From: Desulfobulbus propionicus DSM 2032
GTDB lineage: Bacteria; Desulfobacterota; Desulfobulbia; Desulfobulbales; Desulfobulbaceae
Length of the DNA stretch: 32,000 nucleotides
Direction of reading: 5' to 3'
Assembly (NCBI RefSeq): GCF_000186885.1
Contig: NC_014972.1
Coordinates: 3,810,001-3,842,000, forward strand
The translations under genes were made by a program, and so were the position numbers. How positions within the stretch are numbered: position 1 is the stretch's first letter; every line of letters starts with the position of its first letter. This document shows positions 1 to 10,340 of the stretch, piece after piece. Below the pieces are notes generated by a model. That model did no database searches. It was not told the origin of the DNA and worked only from the letters and a program-made list of their open reading frames with translations.

Positions 1-302
1 TCGAAGTAGATCGGGGTGAACTCGGGCGACGAACGGCCATGGGCGCGTTTGTAGGCATCGCTCTGCTGATCGGCGTCAGTGGCCAGGCTGCCGCTTCCGC
101 CTCTGCCTGTGGAATCAAGCCCTTCCACTCCGGGGCCGGTCTCTTCGGTGATGTTGCCCATGCGATTGCCGCCCATGCTGTCATCGGAGCCGGCACCGGC
201 GCCGCCCGCGTAAGGGGAGACCTGTTTCGGGCCACAACCGCCAGCGAGCAGAACCGTGCAAGCAAGAGCCGTGGCAAGGAAAAGACGGGAAAAGGTATGC
301 AT
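1..302 (-). CDS. Pal/OmpA-family peptidoglycan-associated lipoprotein, N-terminal part (gene continues past the left edge)
   Basis: Absent from the supplied ORF track because it runs off the window edge. The reverse-strand ATG at 302-300 has GAGG a few nt upstream. Translation MHTFSRLFLATALACTVLLAGGCGPKQ... is a lipoprotein signal peptide with lipobox LAGGC. A Gly/Ser/Asp-rich linker follows, then ...SPEFTPIYFD at the edge, resembling the xVYFDFD start of the OmpA-like domain in Pal proteins. This replaces the implausible + strand ORF 39..374. Confidence 0.6.
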   Translation of the reverse strand, partial: MHTFSRLFLATALACTVLLAGGCGPKQVSPYAGGAGAGSDDSMGGNRMGNITEETGPGVEGLDSTGRGGSGSLATDADQQSDAYKRAHGRSSPEFTPIYF

Positions 303-520
303 AATCAACCTCGCGAAATAAAGAAGGAACAGGGGGAAACAAGTAGTCGATGTATACCTGCAACAGGAGGATAACGTCAAGAAAAACCTAGTTTTCCCCG
401 GTTGTCTCGCGGTGGTCTCCCGCTCGACTCGCCACGGTGGCCGCACCTTTTTCTTGCTAGCCTTTTTCATGAATGGTAGATGGAGGAAACCGTTACCCAT
501 GTCCCGCTGAGGAGGAACAG

Positions 521-1255
521 ATGATCCACAAACTATTCACCGCCCTGTTGCTGCTGGCCACCCTGTGCAGCCCGGTTGCCGCGGAAACCACCATTACCTT
601 TGCCACCGACGCCACCTGGCCGCCGATGGAATTTGTCAACGATCAGAAACAGGTGGTGGGCTATGCCATCGAATTCATGACCGCCGCCGGCAAAGAAGCG
701 GGCTTCACGCCGGTATTCAAGAACACCGCCTGGGACGGCATATTCGCCGGCTTGGCCGCCAAGAAGTACGATGCCATTGTCAGCTCGGTGTCGATCACCG
801 AGGAACGGAAAAAGGCGATGGACTTCAGCGAGCCCTACTTCACCGTCCGTCAAGCCCTGATCGTGGGCAAGGCATCGACCGCCAAGAGCCTGGCCGACCT
901 CAAGGGGCAGAAGGTGGGCGGCCAGATCGGCACCACCGGTTATTTCGCCATCAAGGCCGCCGCCGGGGTGGAAGCCAAATCCTACGACGAAGTCGGCCTG
1001 GCCATGGAGGATCTGAATGTCGGCCGCATTGCCGCGGTGGTCTGCGACGATCCGGTGGCCGCCAACTACGCCATGGACAAGTACAAGGACACCCTCAAGA
1101 TCGCCGCCATTATCGAGACCGGCGAAGCCGAGCATTACGGCGTGGCCGTCAACAAGGGCAATGCCGAAACCCTGGCCCTGATCAACAAGGGCATCGCCGC
1201 GGTCAAAGCCAAGGGCCTTGACCAAGAACTGAAGAAAAAATGGATCGGTCAATGA
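521..1255 (+). CDS. Polar amino-acid ABC transporter, periplasmic substrate-binding protein (family 3)
   Basis: From ORF 473..1255, with the start moved to ATG 521 (GGAGGA at 511-516). Signal peptide MIHKLFTALLLLATLCSPVAA. The body (TFATDATWPPMEF, YDAIVSSVSITEERKKAMDFSEPY, GGQIGTTG) is typical of family-3 solute-binding proteins. The cognate permease and ATPase follow. Confidence 0.85.
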   Translation: MIHKLFTALLLLATLCSPVAAETTITFATDATWPPMEFVNDQKQVVGYAIEFMTAAGKEAGFTPVFKNTAWDGIFAGLAAKKYDAIVSSVSITEERKKAMDFSEPYFTVRQALIVGKASTAKSLADLKGQKVGGQIGTTGYFAIKAAAGVEAKSYDEVGLAMEDLNVGRIAAVVCDDPVAANYAMDKYKDTLKIAAIIETGEAEHYGVAVNKGNAETLALINKGIAAVKAKGLDQELKKKWIGQ

Positions 1256-1278
1256 CCGATCCTTACGCTTGACCATTT

Positions 1279-1305
1279 GCCGGGCCTTTGTGCCCGGCTT
1301 TTTTT
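1279..1305 (+). terminator. Intra-operon stem-loop plus T-run between the binding-protein and permease genes
   Basis: GCCGGGC (1279-1285), loop CTTTGT, GCCCGGC (1292-1298), then TTTTTTT (1299-1305). It starts 24 nt after the binding-protein stop codon. Confidence 0.7.
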
Positions 1306-1331
1306 ATCCAACCGTGACGAATCGGCTCACC

Positions 1332-2120
1332 ATGTCTGAACCTGAAATCACCAAAATCGAAGTCGGCGACGGTGCCGCCATTCCCCGGCCGGAAGACAAG
1401 GGGTTGGTTTCCGCCTGGTGGATCGCCCTGTTTGGGGCCATAACCCTGCTTGTCCTCTTGCCGTGGATGAAGCCGGATCCTTACCTCAACATCCTCCGTT
1501 TCGTGCCCGACGGCATCCTGATCACCTTCGAGGTCACGGTGCTGTCGATCACGCTTGCCATCGTCATCGGCTTATTGACCGGCCTGGGCCGACTGTCGCG
1601 CAACCGGGTGATCAACCTGATCGCCTCGCTGTATGTCGAGGTGGTGCGCGGCATCCCGCTGCTGGTGCAGCTGTTCTACATCTACTACGCCCTGGGCCGT
1701 TTTGTCCGCGTTCCGGACATGGTGGCGGCGGTAATCGCCATGGCCTTCTGTTACGGGGCCTACATGGGCGAGGTCTTTCGCGCTGGCATTAAATCGATTG
1801 ATTTCGGGCAGACCGAGGCGGCCTTGTCGCTTGGCTTCAACCACCGCCAAACCATGGCCTACGTCATCCTTCCCCAGGCCTGGCGGACCATCCTGCCGCC
1901 GGTGGGCAACGAGTTCATCGCCCTGCTGAAGGACACATCGCTGGTCTCGATTCTGGCGGTGGCCGATATTCTGCGACGCGGGCGGGAATACGCCTCGGAG
2001 AGCTTCAACTATTTCGAGACCTATACCATGATCGCCCTGATTTACTTGCTGATCACCCTGATCCTGTCCAAATGCATCAGCATCATGGAACACCGATTGA
2101 GCCATTATGAACGCCGCTGA
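1332..2120 (+). CDS. Polar amino-acid ABC transporter permease (HisM/GlnP type)
   Basis: From ORF 1269..2120. The start is placed at ATG 1332 because the 1269 TTG extension would read through the terminator hairpin. Multiple hydrophobic helices and an EAA-loop region ([46 protein letters not shown]). The start is uncertain because the SD is weak. Confidence 0.85.
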   Translation: MSEPEITKIEVGDGAAIPRPEDKGLVSAWWIALFGAITLLVLLPWMKPDPYLNILRFVPDGILITFEVTVLSITLAIVIGLLTGLGRLSRNRVINLIASLYVEVVRGIPLLVQLFYIYYALGRFVRVPDMVAAVIAMAFCYGAYMGEVFRAGIKSIDFGQTEAALSLGFNHRQTMAYVILPQAWRTILPPVGNEFIALLKDTSLVSILAVADILRRGREYASESFNYFETYTMIALIYLLITLILSKCISIMEHRLSHYERR

Positions 2121-2862
2121 TCCGATTATCCGCCTGCAGCAGATCAATAAATTTTTTGGAACATTTCGAGCGCTGGCCGATGTCAGCCTCGATATCCGGT
2201 CCGGGGAAAAGGTCGTGGTGCTCGGACCTTCGGGCTCGGGCAAGTCGACCCTGCTCCGGACCATCAACCGATTGGAGTCCATCGATTCCGGAACGATCAT
2301 CGTCGACGGCCACAACCTCTATGGCGAAGGCGCGGACATCAACCGCATCCGCATGGAAGTGGGCATGGTGTTTCAGAATTTCAACCTCTTTCGCCATAAG
2401 TCGGTGCTCGACAACCTCACCCTGGCGCCGATCAAGCTCAAGATGATGGGACGCGCCCAGGCCGAGGAGCTGGCCATGAGCCTGCTCGATAAGGTGGGGA
2501 TGCGCGACCGGGCCCACCATTTCCCGGTTCAGCTCTCCGGCGGCCAGCAGCAGCGGGTGGCCATTGCCCGGGCGCTGGCCATGGAGCCGAAGATCATGCT
2601 TTTCGACGAGCCGACCTCGGCGCTCGACCCGGAGATGATCAACGAGGTGCTGGAGGTCATGGTGGCCCTGGCCCGGGAAGGCATGACCATGGTGGTGGTG
2701 ACCCACGAAATGGGCTTTGCCCGCGAGGTGGCCGACACGGTGGTGTTCATGGATGCCGGCGCCATCGTCGAAGTGGCGCCGCCACAGGCGTTTTTCACCA
2801 CCCCCCAAAATCCGCGCAGTCAGCTGTTCCTCAAACAGATCTTGGCTCCGGCCACCCGGTGA
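2107..2862 (+). CDS. Polar amino-acid ABC transporter ATP-binding protein (GlnQ-like)
   Basis: Walker [11 protein letters not shown]-loop, signature [15 protein letters not shown], Walker [13 protein letters not shown]-loop VVTHEM. Overlaps the permease stop by 14 nt, consistent with translational coupling. Confidence 0.92.
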   Translation: MNAADPIIRLQQINKFFGTFRALADVSLDIRSGEKVVVLGPSGSGKSTLLRTINRLESIDSGTIIVDGHNLYGEGADINRIRMEVGMVFQNFNLFRHKSVLDNLTLAPIKLKMMGRAQAEELAMSLLDKVGMRDRAHHFPVQLSGGQQQRVAIARALAMEPKIMLFDEPTSALDPEMINEVLEVMVALAREGMTMVVVTHEMGFAREVADTVVFMDAGAIVEVAPPQAFFTTPQNPRSQLFLKQILAPATR

Positions 2863-3302
2863 CCGCGATGAACAAGGGTTTGCTGGAAATACACGAGCAT
2901 GCAGCCGAGGGCTACAAACCCCTGGTGGATTTCGAACACTGGCGGGTGGCCGTGCTCAACTTCAGCCCCGACCTGCTGCCGGAGAACCTCACCCGGATGC
3001 AGCGCCACAATGAAACCGACGAGGTCTTTGTCCTGTTGGCGGGGCGTTGCATTCTTTTTGTCGGCGAGGGAAGGGACCGGGTCAGTCGCATCCACGCCCA
3101 AGACCTTCAACCGGGCCACGTGTACAACGTCAAGCAGGCGGTCTGGCACACCCACACCCTGAGCTTTGATGCCCGGGTGCTGGTGGTGGAAAATCGCGAC
3201 ACCACCTATGACAACTCCCCCTTCACCCCGTTGAGCCAGGAGCAGCACCGGGAAGTGATCGACCTGACCGCCGCGCTGTGGAACGGGCCGCACAAACCCT
3301 GA
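2859..3302 (+). CDS. Small cupin-fold protein (function unknown)
   Basis: 147-aa ORF whose GTG overlaps the ATPase stop (alternative ATG at 2868). The beta-rich core ...[26 protein letters not shown]...[19 protein letters not shown]... resembles a cupin barrel with His/Glu ligands. Family assigned from memory only. Confidence 0.5.
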   Translation: MTAMNKGLLEIHEHAAEGYKPLVDFEHWRVAVLNFSPDLLPENLTRMQRHNETDEVFVLLAGRCILFVGEGRDRVSRIHAQDLQPGHVYNVKQAVWHTHTLSFDARVLVVENRDTTYDNSPFTPLSQEQHREVIDLTAALWNGPHKP

Positions 3303-3374
3303 ACATCTTGTGCCGACCGTGTAATTTCGTACAAAATCATTAAGGTATGTCTCCGGTTTTCCGCCCGGCCGGGC

Positions 3375-5135
<1,761 letters not shown>

Positions 5136-5136
5136 G

Positions 5137-5988
5137 ATGATCAAACCTGTCAGCATCCAACCAACTCCAGCGGGTCCGATCACCATCGGCCCGGGCGCGC
5201 CGCTGTTGCTCATGGCCGGTCCCTGCGTGCTGGAAAGCGGCGACCTGGCCTGGGAAATAGCCCGGGAGATGAAAGCCATTGCCGCCCGTCTCGGCGTTTC
5301 CTATGTGTTCAAGGCCTCGTTCGACAAGGCCAACCGCACCTCGCTCAGCTCTTTTCGCGGACCTGGGGCCGAGAAAGGGCTGCGTATCCTTGGCCGTCTG
5401 CGCGCCGAGGTCGGCGTGCCGGTGGTGTCCGACATCCATGAGCCGGGCCAAGCCGAGCTGGCCGCCGACTGTCTCGATATCCTCCAGATTCCAGCCTTTC
5501 TCTGCCGCCAGACCGATCTGTTGATGGCCGCCGCCCGCACCGGCAAGGTGGTCAACGTCAAGAAGGGGCAATTCGTCTCGCCCTGGGACATGGAGCACGC
5601 GGTCAACAAATTGCGTGGCGCGGGCACGGAGAAAATCCTGCTCACCGAGCGCGGCGCCAGCTTCGGCTACAACAATCTGGTGGTGGACATGCGATCGCTG
5701 GTGGTGATGCGCGCTTTCGGCTACCCAGTGGTCTTTGACGCCACCCACTCGGTGCAGCTGCCGGGCGGGGCGGGCGGGAGCTCCGGCGGGCAGCGCGAGT
5801 TCATTCCTGCTCTGGCGCGCGCGGCCATGGCCGTGGGCATCGACGGTTTGTTCCTCGAGGTTCATCCGCAGCCGGACAAGGCTCTGTGCGACGGCCCCAA
5901 TTCCCTGCCGCTCGATCAAGTCGAGCCCCTGCTCAAACAACTGCTGGCGGTGCGCCAAGCGGTGAGCGGAGTGATCGATGCAGCGTGA
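5137..5988 (+). CDS. kdsA: 3-deoxy-8-phosphooctulonate (KDO-8-P) synthase
   Basis: 283 aa. [49 protein letters not shown]. Starts 1 nt after the pyrG stop. Confidence 0.95.
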   Translation: MIKPVSIQPTPAGPITIGPGAPLLLMAGPCVLESGDLAWEIAREMKAIAARLGVSYVFKASFDKANRTSLSSFRGPGAEKGLRILGRLRAEVGVPVVSDIHEPGQAELAADCLDILQIPAFLCRQTDLLMAAARTGKVVNVKKGQFVSPWDMEHAVNKLRGAGTEKILLTERGASFGYNNLVVDMRSLVVMRAFGYPVVFDATHSVQLPGGAGGSSGGQREFIPALARAAMAVGIDGLFLEVHPQPDKALCDGPNSLPLDQVEPLLKQLLAVRQAVSGVIDAA

Positions 5989-6619
5989 CGGTTGCGGTAT
6001 GCCGGGTGGCGGCTATCCCACCGATTGCGAGCTGACCGAGGCTCTGCGCAACCGGGCCATGGCCCGCAACCGGCCGGTGGAACGCGGTGCGGCCTGGCTG
6101 GCGGCCCTGCCCCAGGCGCGGCAAATACGGCTGTTGCTGCTCGATGTTGACGGCGTGCTCACCGACGGCACCATCACCTACACCTCTGGCGGCGGCGAGA
6201 CCAAGAGCTTCAACACCCAGGACGGCCTGGGGATCAAGCTGCTTCAGGACAGCGGCGTGGCGGTGGGCATCATCACGGCCCGCACCTCGGAGGCGGTGGC
6301 GCGTCGCGCCCAGGATCTACGTCTGGCCCATGTCTTCCAGGGCAAGCAGGACAAACTGACTGTGTACGAATCCATCCTCAAGCAAACCGGTCTGCGGCCG
6401 CCGCAAACCGGGTTCATGGGCGACGACCTGATGGATCTGCCGATTCTCAACCGGGTTGGCCTCGCCGTGGCGCCGGCCAACGCGGTGGCCGAGATCCGCC
6501 AGCGGGTCCACTATACCACCGAGCGCGGCGGCGGGCATGGCGCGGTCCGCGAGGTCTGCGACTTGATTCTCGAGGCGCAGGGCAATCTGGCGCGCATGCA
6601 GGCCACGTTCGACCGATGA
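5978..6619 (+). CDS. kdsC: KDO-8-phosphate phosphatase (HAD superfamily, KdsC)
   Basis: HAD motif [14 protein letters not shown]. Also [20 protein letters not shown] and [11 protein letters not shown] 5978 has GGAG 6 nt upstream and overlaps the kdsA end. Alternative starts at 5999 and 6059 would give a more typical length. Confidence 0.85.
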   Translation: MQRDGCGMPGGGYPTDCELTEALRNRAMARNRPVERGAAWLAALPQARQIRLLLLDVDGVLTDGTITYTSGGGETKSFNTQDGLGIKLLQDSGVAVGIITARTSEAVARRAQDLRLAHVFQGKQDKLTVYESILKQTGLRPPQTGFMGDDLMDLPILNRVGLAVAPANAVAEIRQRVHYTTERGGGHGAVREVCDLILEAQGNLARMQATFDR

Positions 6620-7185
6620 TCCGTAATCCCCGCAACCTGCTGTGGCTGCTGCCGCTGCTGCTCCTTGTCACCAGTCCCGCCTGGAAGCCGCCGTTGAGCG
6701 CGTTCCTTGAACCCCGGGGCGGTTACAATCCCAAGCTGGCCCAGCCCGAGGAAGACACGCCGATCCAGAATTTCGTCATGGACCGGGTGGCGATCACCAT
6801 GACCACGAACGGCATGGAAGAATGGCAGATCGACGCCGAGCGCGCCTTTACCGGCGAGCGCGACCATGAGATCAAGATGGAGGAGGTCAGCGCCATGTAC
6901 ATCGGTACCGAGAAGGAGCCGATCAATATCGAGAGCCGCCGGGGTGCCTACCTGATCAACGACCGCCACCTGATTCTCACCGACCATGTCAAAGTCAGCA
7001 AGCCGACCAAGAACCAGGTCATGCTGTCCGAACGGCTCGAATACGACGATGCCACCAAGATGCTGGTCAGCCCGGGCAAGGTCACCATCCTGGCCCCGAA
7101 GATGCGTCTGGACGCCGGGCGGATGGACTATGATTTTTCCACCGAGGGCTACGATTTCGGCAACCGGGTCAAGGTTAACCTCTAA
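6616..7185 (+). CDS. lptC: LPS export system protein LptC-like
   Basis: ATGA overlap with the kdsC stop. N-terminal membrane anchor [17 protein letters not shown], about 190 aa, beta-rich body with ...[13 protein letters not shown]...[18 protein letters not shown]...[10 protein letters not shown].... The position after kdsC is the classic lptC context. Sequence similarity judged by eye only. Confidence 0.6.
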   Translation: MIRNPRNLLWLLPLLLLVTSPAWKPPLSAFLEPRGGYNPKLAQPEEDTPIQNFVMDRVAITMTTNGMEEWQIDAERAFTGERDHEIKMEEVSAMYIGTEKEPINIESRRGAYLINDRHLILTDHVKVSKPTKNQVMLSERLEYDDATKMLVSPGKVTILAPKMRLDAGRMDYDFSTEGYDFGNRVKVNL

Positions 7186-7229
7186 CCCCTCCGGCGTTCC
7201 GGCGGGATTCCACACTGAAGGGATACTCC

Positions 7230-8453
7230 ATGTTGAGAATAAACGAGCATTACCTGAAACTGCAGGCTTCCTACCTTTTTTCCGATATCGCCAAACGGGT
7301 GGCCGCCTTCCAGACCGCCCATCCCGAGCGCGAGGTGATCAAGCTGGGCATCGGCGACGTCACCAACCCCCTGCCCCCCGCCTGTATCGCGGCCTTCCAC
7401 AAGGCGGTCGACGAGATGGCCACCACGGCCGGTTTTCGCGGCTACGGTCCGGAGCAGGGCTATGATTTCCTCCGCCAGGCCATCGCGGTCAACGATTTTC
7501 AGGCGCGCGGCGCCGACATCCAGGCCGACGAGGTGTTTGTCTCCGACGGTGCCAAGTGCGACACCGGCAACATTCAGGAGCTGTTCGCCCTGGACGCGAC
7601 AATCGCCATTCCCGACCCGGTCTACCCGGTCTACCTCGACACCAACGTCATGGCCGGCCGCACCGGGATGTTCAAGGATGGCCGCTATGAGGGCATCGTC
7701 TATCTGGAGTCGACCAAGGCAAACAACTTTGTTCCCGACCTGCCCAAGGAGCCAGTGGACCTGATCTACCTCTGTTTCCCCAACAACCCCACTGGTTCGA
7801 CCATCACCAAGGAACAGCTCAAGGTTTGGGTCGATTTCGCCCGCGAGACCAAGGCGTTGATTCTGTTCGACGCCGCCTACGAGGCCTTCATCCGCGACTC
7901 CCAACTGCCGCACTCCATCTTCGAGATCGAGGGTGCGCGCGAGGTGGCGATTGAATTCCGCAGCTACTCCAAGAGCGCCGGCTTCACTGGCACCCGCTGC
8001 GCCTACACAGTGGTCCCCAAGGAGTGCCGAGCCTTTGATGCGCACGGCAACAAACAGGCGATCCATCCGTTGTGGAACCGCCGCCACTGCACCAAGTTCA
8101 ACGGCGTCTCCTATCCGGTCCAACGCGCCGCCGAGGCGGTCTATTCGCCCGAGGGCAAGGCCCAGTGCACCGCCTTGATCGATGGCTACTTGAACAACGC
8201 CAAAATTATCGGCCAGGCCATGTCCGAGCTGGGGTACACGTATGTGGGCGGCGACAATGCTCCCTATGTGTGGATCGAGGGGGGGCGGGATTCCTGGGAA
8301 TTCTTTGACCTGCTCTTGAACAAGGCCGGCGTGGTGTGCACCCCCGGCGCAGGTTTCGGCAAGTGCGGCCAGGGCTACATCCGCCTCTCCGCCTTCAACT
8401 CCGAGGCCAATGTGGTCAAGGCAATGGAGCGGATCAAGGAGGCTTTACAGTAA
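7230..8453 (+). CDS. dapL: LL-diaminopimelate aminotransferase
   Basis: 407 aa. N-terminus [21 protein letters not shown] and [12 protein letters not shown] are characteristic of DapL. PLP-lysine region [17 protein letters not shown]. Confidence 0.9.
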   Translation: MLRINEHYLKLQASYLFSDIAKRVAAFQTAHPEREVIKLGIGDVTNPLPPACIAAFHKAVDEMATTAGFRGYGPEQGYDFLRQAIAVNDFQARGADIQADEVFVSDGAKCDTGNIQELFALDATIAIPDPVYPVYLDTNVMAGRTGMFKDGRYEGIVYLESTKANNFVPDLPKEPVDLIYLCFPNNPTGSTITKEQLKVWVDFARETKALILFDAAYEAFIRDSQLPHSIFEIEGAREVAIEFRSYSKSAGFTGTRCAYTVVPKECRAFDAHGNKQAIHPLWNRRHCTKFNGVSYPVQRAAEAVYSPEGKAQCTALIDGYLNNAKIIGQAMSELGYTYVGGDNAPYVWIEGGRDSWEFFDLLLNKAGVVCTPGAGFGKCGQGYIRLSAFNSEANVVKAMERIKEALQ

Positions 8454-8489
8454 GACACGTTGAAGTTCCAATGAAATGGCGGAAAAAAT

Positions 8490-8512
8490 GGGGAAGATCG
8501 CTATGCTTCCCC
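8490..8512 (-). terminator. Stem-loop that reads as an intrinsic terminator on the minus strand (weak on the plus strand for dapL)
   Basis: GGGGAAG (8490-8496), 9-nt loop, CTTCCCC (8506-8512). On the minus strand the hairpin is followed by ATTTTTTCC. On the plus strand only TGATTCC follows. Confidence 0.45.
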
Positions 8513-8616
8513 TGATTCCGCTGCACGTCACCAACCATCCACCGCTTCTGCCAACGCATTCCTCATAACCTGCGCATCGCAGGACATTAGATGTTTCTCC
8601 TTGAGTTAATGAGCTT

Positions 8617-8860
8617 ATGAACGACCTCAAGATCTGTTTCAAGCGTGTCGACTACGACCTATCCGGTCTGTTGCACTATCTTGATAGGCGATATAGGTCT
8701 TCCTGACATTCAGCGTCCGTTCGTCTGCAAAAATGCCAAGGTTCGCGACCTGTTCGACTCGATGTATCAAGAGACCAGCCAACCGGTCGGTCCTGCTTGT
8801 TGGCGGCTGCGACAGTCAATCCTTCTTCTTGTTCCCGTCTTCAGCCTTCTCCCCCTTTGA
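8617..8860 (+). pseudogene. Frameshifted, truncated remnant of a DUF262 (ParB-like nuclease, GmrSD-type) protein N-terminus
   Basis: The frame from ATG 8617 gives MNDLKICFKRVDYDLSGLLHYLD, then a stop. A +1 shift near 8680-8686 continues as IGDIGLPDIQRPFVCKNAKVRDLFDSMYQ...PVG...W. This matches the DUF262 core (lPdfQRpfVW...v..LfDSi..gyPiG), with the conserved W changed to C. No recognisable sequence follows about 8805, and no C-terminal domain is present. Confidence 0.5.
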
Positions 8861-9062
8861 TCGCGGCCGTGTTCTTCCGCCGCCTTGTTGTTCATAAACC
8901 CTGCGCATGCTTGGTGTCACGCCGCACGGGGCAAAACAGGGGCGCAGTCCTCGCTCTTTCCTCATCCGCTAGCTGGACCAGGGCGAATCACCCTGCCTTT
9001 GTTTCCCGTCCATCCAGACCGCGCCGAAGCGGTGGGTGTTGATCGATAGTCTTTTGGATGGG

Positions 9063-9101
9063 CATTGTGCAAAATGTGCACAATGAAAAAGGTGTTGCAC
9101 A
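9063..9101. promoter_or_regulatory. Operator-like array: perfect 9-bp inverted repeat plus a third half-site, upstream of the hydrogenase operon
   Basis: CATTGTGCA (9063-9071), N5, TGCACAATG (9077-9085). A third TTGCACA lies at 9095-9101, followed by GGC and a T8 run (9105-9112). The array sits 120-160 nt upstream of the hydrogenase small-subunit ATG. Confidence 0.45.
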
Positions 9102-9221
9102 GGCTTTTTTTTGCCTTTATACACCAACGTAACGGATTGTTTGTTTCATGGTTTTGTCAAAGAGAGGTTTGTGAGTTCGATGCGTACATAAGCAGTTACC
9201 TGTACATTAAGGAGGTGGCAG

Positions 9222-10316
9222 ATGAAGTCGAAGGTTGTGGGCAGCAACGAGAATCTGTTGAGTAGTGTAACTCGCAGGGATTTCATGAAATTCTGCACGG
9301 CGGTGGCAGCCACCATGGGCTTGCCGGCCGCTGCGGTTCCCCGGATCGCCGAGGCCGTCACCTCGCCGAAACGTCCTCCGGTGATCTGGCTCTCCGGCCA
9401 GGAATGCACCGGCTGCGTCGAGTCGCTGTTGCGCACCGGGCACCCGTCCATTGAAACGCTGATTTTTGACCTGATCTCGCTCGAATACTCCGAGACCCTC
9501 AATGCCGGCTCCGGTCATCAGGCCGAGGCTGCCCGGGCCAAATCGATCGAGGAAAACAAGGGCAAATTCATCCTGGTGGTGGACGGCGCCATTCCGGTCA
9601 AGGATAAGGGCATCTACTGCCAGATCGCCGGCAAACCGGTGCTCGACATTCTCAACGAAACCGCGCCGCTGGCAGCGGCGGTCATCGCCATCGGTTCTTG
9701 TGCCGCCTGGGGTGGCGTTCCTTCCGCCGATCCCAATCCCACCGGGGCCACCCCGGTGCATACCATCCTCAAGCCCAAGGGCATTCCGGTGGTCAATATC
9801 CCCGGCTGTCCGCCCAATCCCTACAATTTTCTTTCCACGGTCATTCACTTCCTGACCTTCAACAAACTGCCGGCCCTGGACGACAAGGGACGGCCCAAAT
9901 TCGCCTACAGCCGCCTGATCCACGAAAACTGCGAACGCAGGCCCCACTTTGACGCCGGCCGTTTTGCCGAGGAGTTCGGCGACGAAGGCCATCGCCAGGG
10001 CTACTGCCTCTACAAACTGGGGTGCAAGGGACCGGAGACGTATAACAACTGCGCCACCCTGCCGTTCAACGACACCCCCGGCTGTTGGCCGGTGGCCACC
10101 GGCTCGCCCTGCTTCGGTTGTTCCGAGGACAAGGTCGGTTTCCACAGCCCCCTGTTTTCCAAGGCAAAGGTCGCCTTCCCCACGCCGCCGGCACAACAGC
10201 CCGACGCGGTTCCGCCCAAGGGCGGTGGCGCCAAGAATTTCGCCTATGGCGTGGCCGGAGCGGCCATCGGCGCGGCGGCGGTGGCCCTGTCACAGCGGGG
10301 CGGCAAGGAAGACTGA
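9222..10316 (+). CDS. hybO: Periplasmic [NiFe] hydrogenase small subunit (Hyb/group 1 type, Tat-exported)
   Basis: AAGGAGG at 9209-9215. Tat motif TRRDFMKF. N-terminal cluster ligands WLSGQECTGC, plus further Cys clusters (GSCAAWGG, PGCPPNP, CERRPHF, CLYKLGCKGP, GSPCFGC). C-terminal hydrophobic anchor FAYGVAGAAIGAAAVAL. Confidence 0.93.
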   Translation: MKSKVVGSNENLLSSVTRRDFMKFCTAVAATMGLPAAAVPRIAEAVTSPKRPPVIWLSGQECTGCVESLLRTGHPSIETLIFDLISLEYSETLNAGSGHQAEAARAKSIEENKGKFILVVDGAIPVKDKGIYCQIAGKPVLDILNETAPLAAAVIAIGSCAAWGGVPSADPNPTGATPVHTILKPKGIPVVNIPGCPPNPYNFLSTVIHFLTFNKLPALDDKGRPKFAYSRLIHENCERRPHFDAGRFAEEFGDEGHRQGYCLYKLGCKGPETYNNCATLPFNDTPGCWPVATGSPCFGCSEDKVGFHSPLFSKAKVAFPTPPAQQPDAVPPKGGGAKNFAYGVAGAAIGAAAVALSQRGGKED

Positions 10317-10340
10317 ACATAGACCGGGAGTGTGAACACC

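Noticed and set aside
39-374. 111-aa plus-strand ORF at the left edge.
   Set aside because: The opposite strand encodes a textbook lipoprotein signal peptide (LAGGC lipobox) with an SD and an OmpA/Pal-like continuation. The plus-strand product has no features and no SD.
8979-8995. tRNA T-arm-like stem-loop CAGGG-CGAATCA-CCCTG in the accessory gap, a possible tRNA or att-site remnant.
   Set aside because: The loop does not fit the TTCRANY consensus register. No acceptor stem, CCA or other tRNA arms can be built from the flanks.
9102-9114. Sigma-54-like GG...GC element (AGGC-T8-GCC) upstream of the hydrogenase operon.
   Set aside because: The GG-to-GC spacing is one nt shorter than the canonical TGGCAC-N5-TTGC geometry, and the flanking bases do not match. 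No enhancer-binding protein gene is nearby.
9065-9265. 66-aa ORF (MCKMCTMKKVLH...) and the 118-aa minus-strand ORF 9146..9502, both overlapping the hydrogenase promoter region and gene start.
   Set aside because: Neither has an SD or a motif. They overlap the regulatory repeat and the well-supported hydrogenase small-subunit start, and are most simply chance ORFs in an AT-richer stretch.
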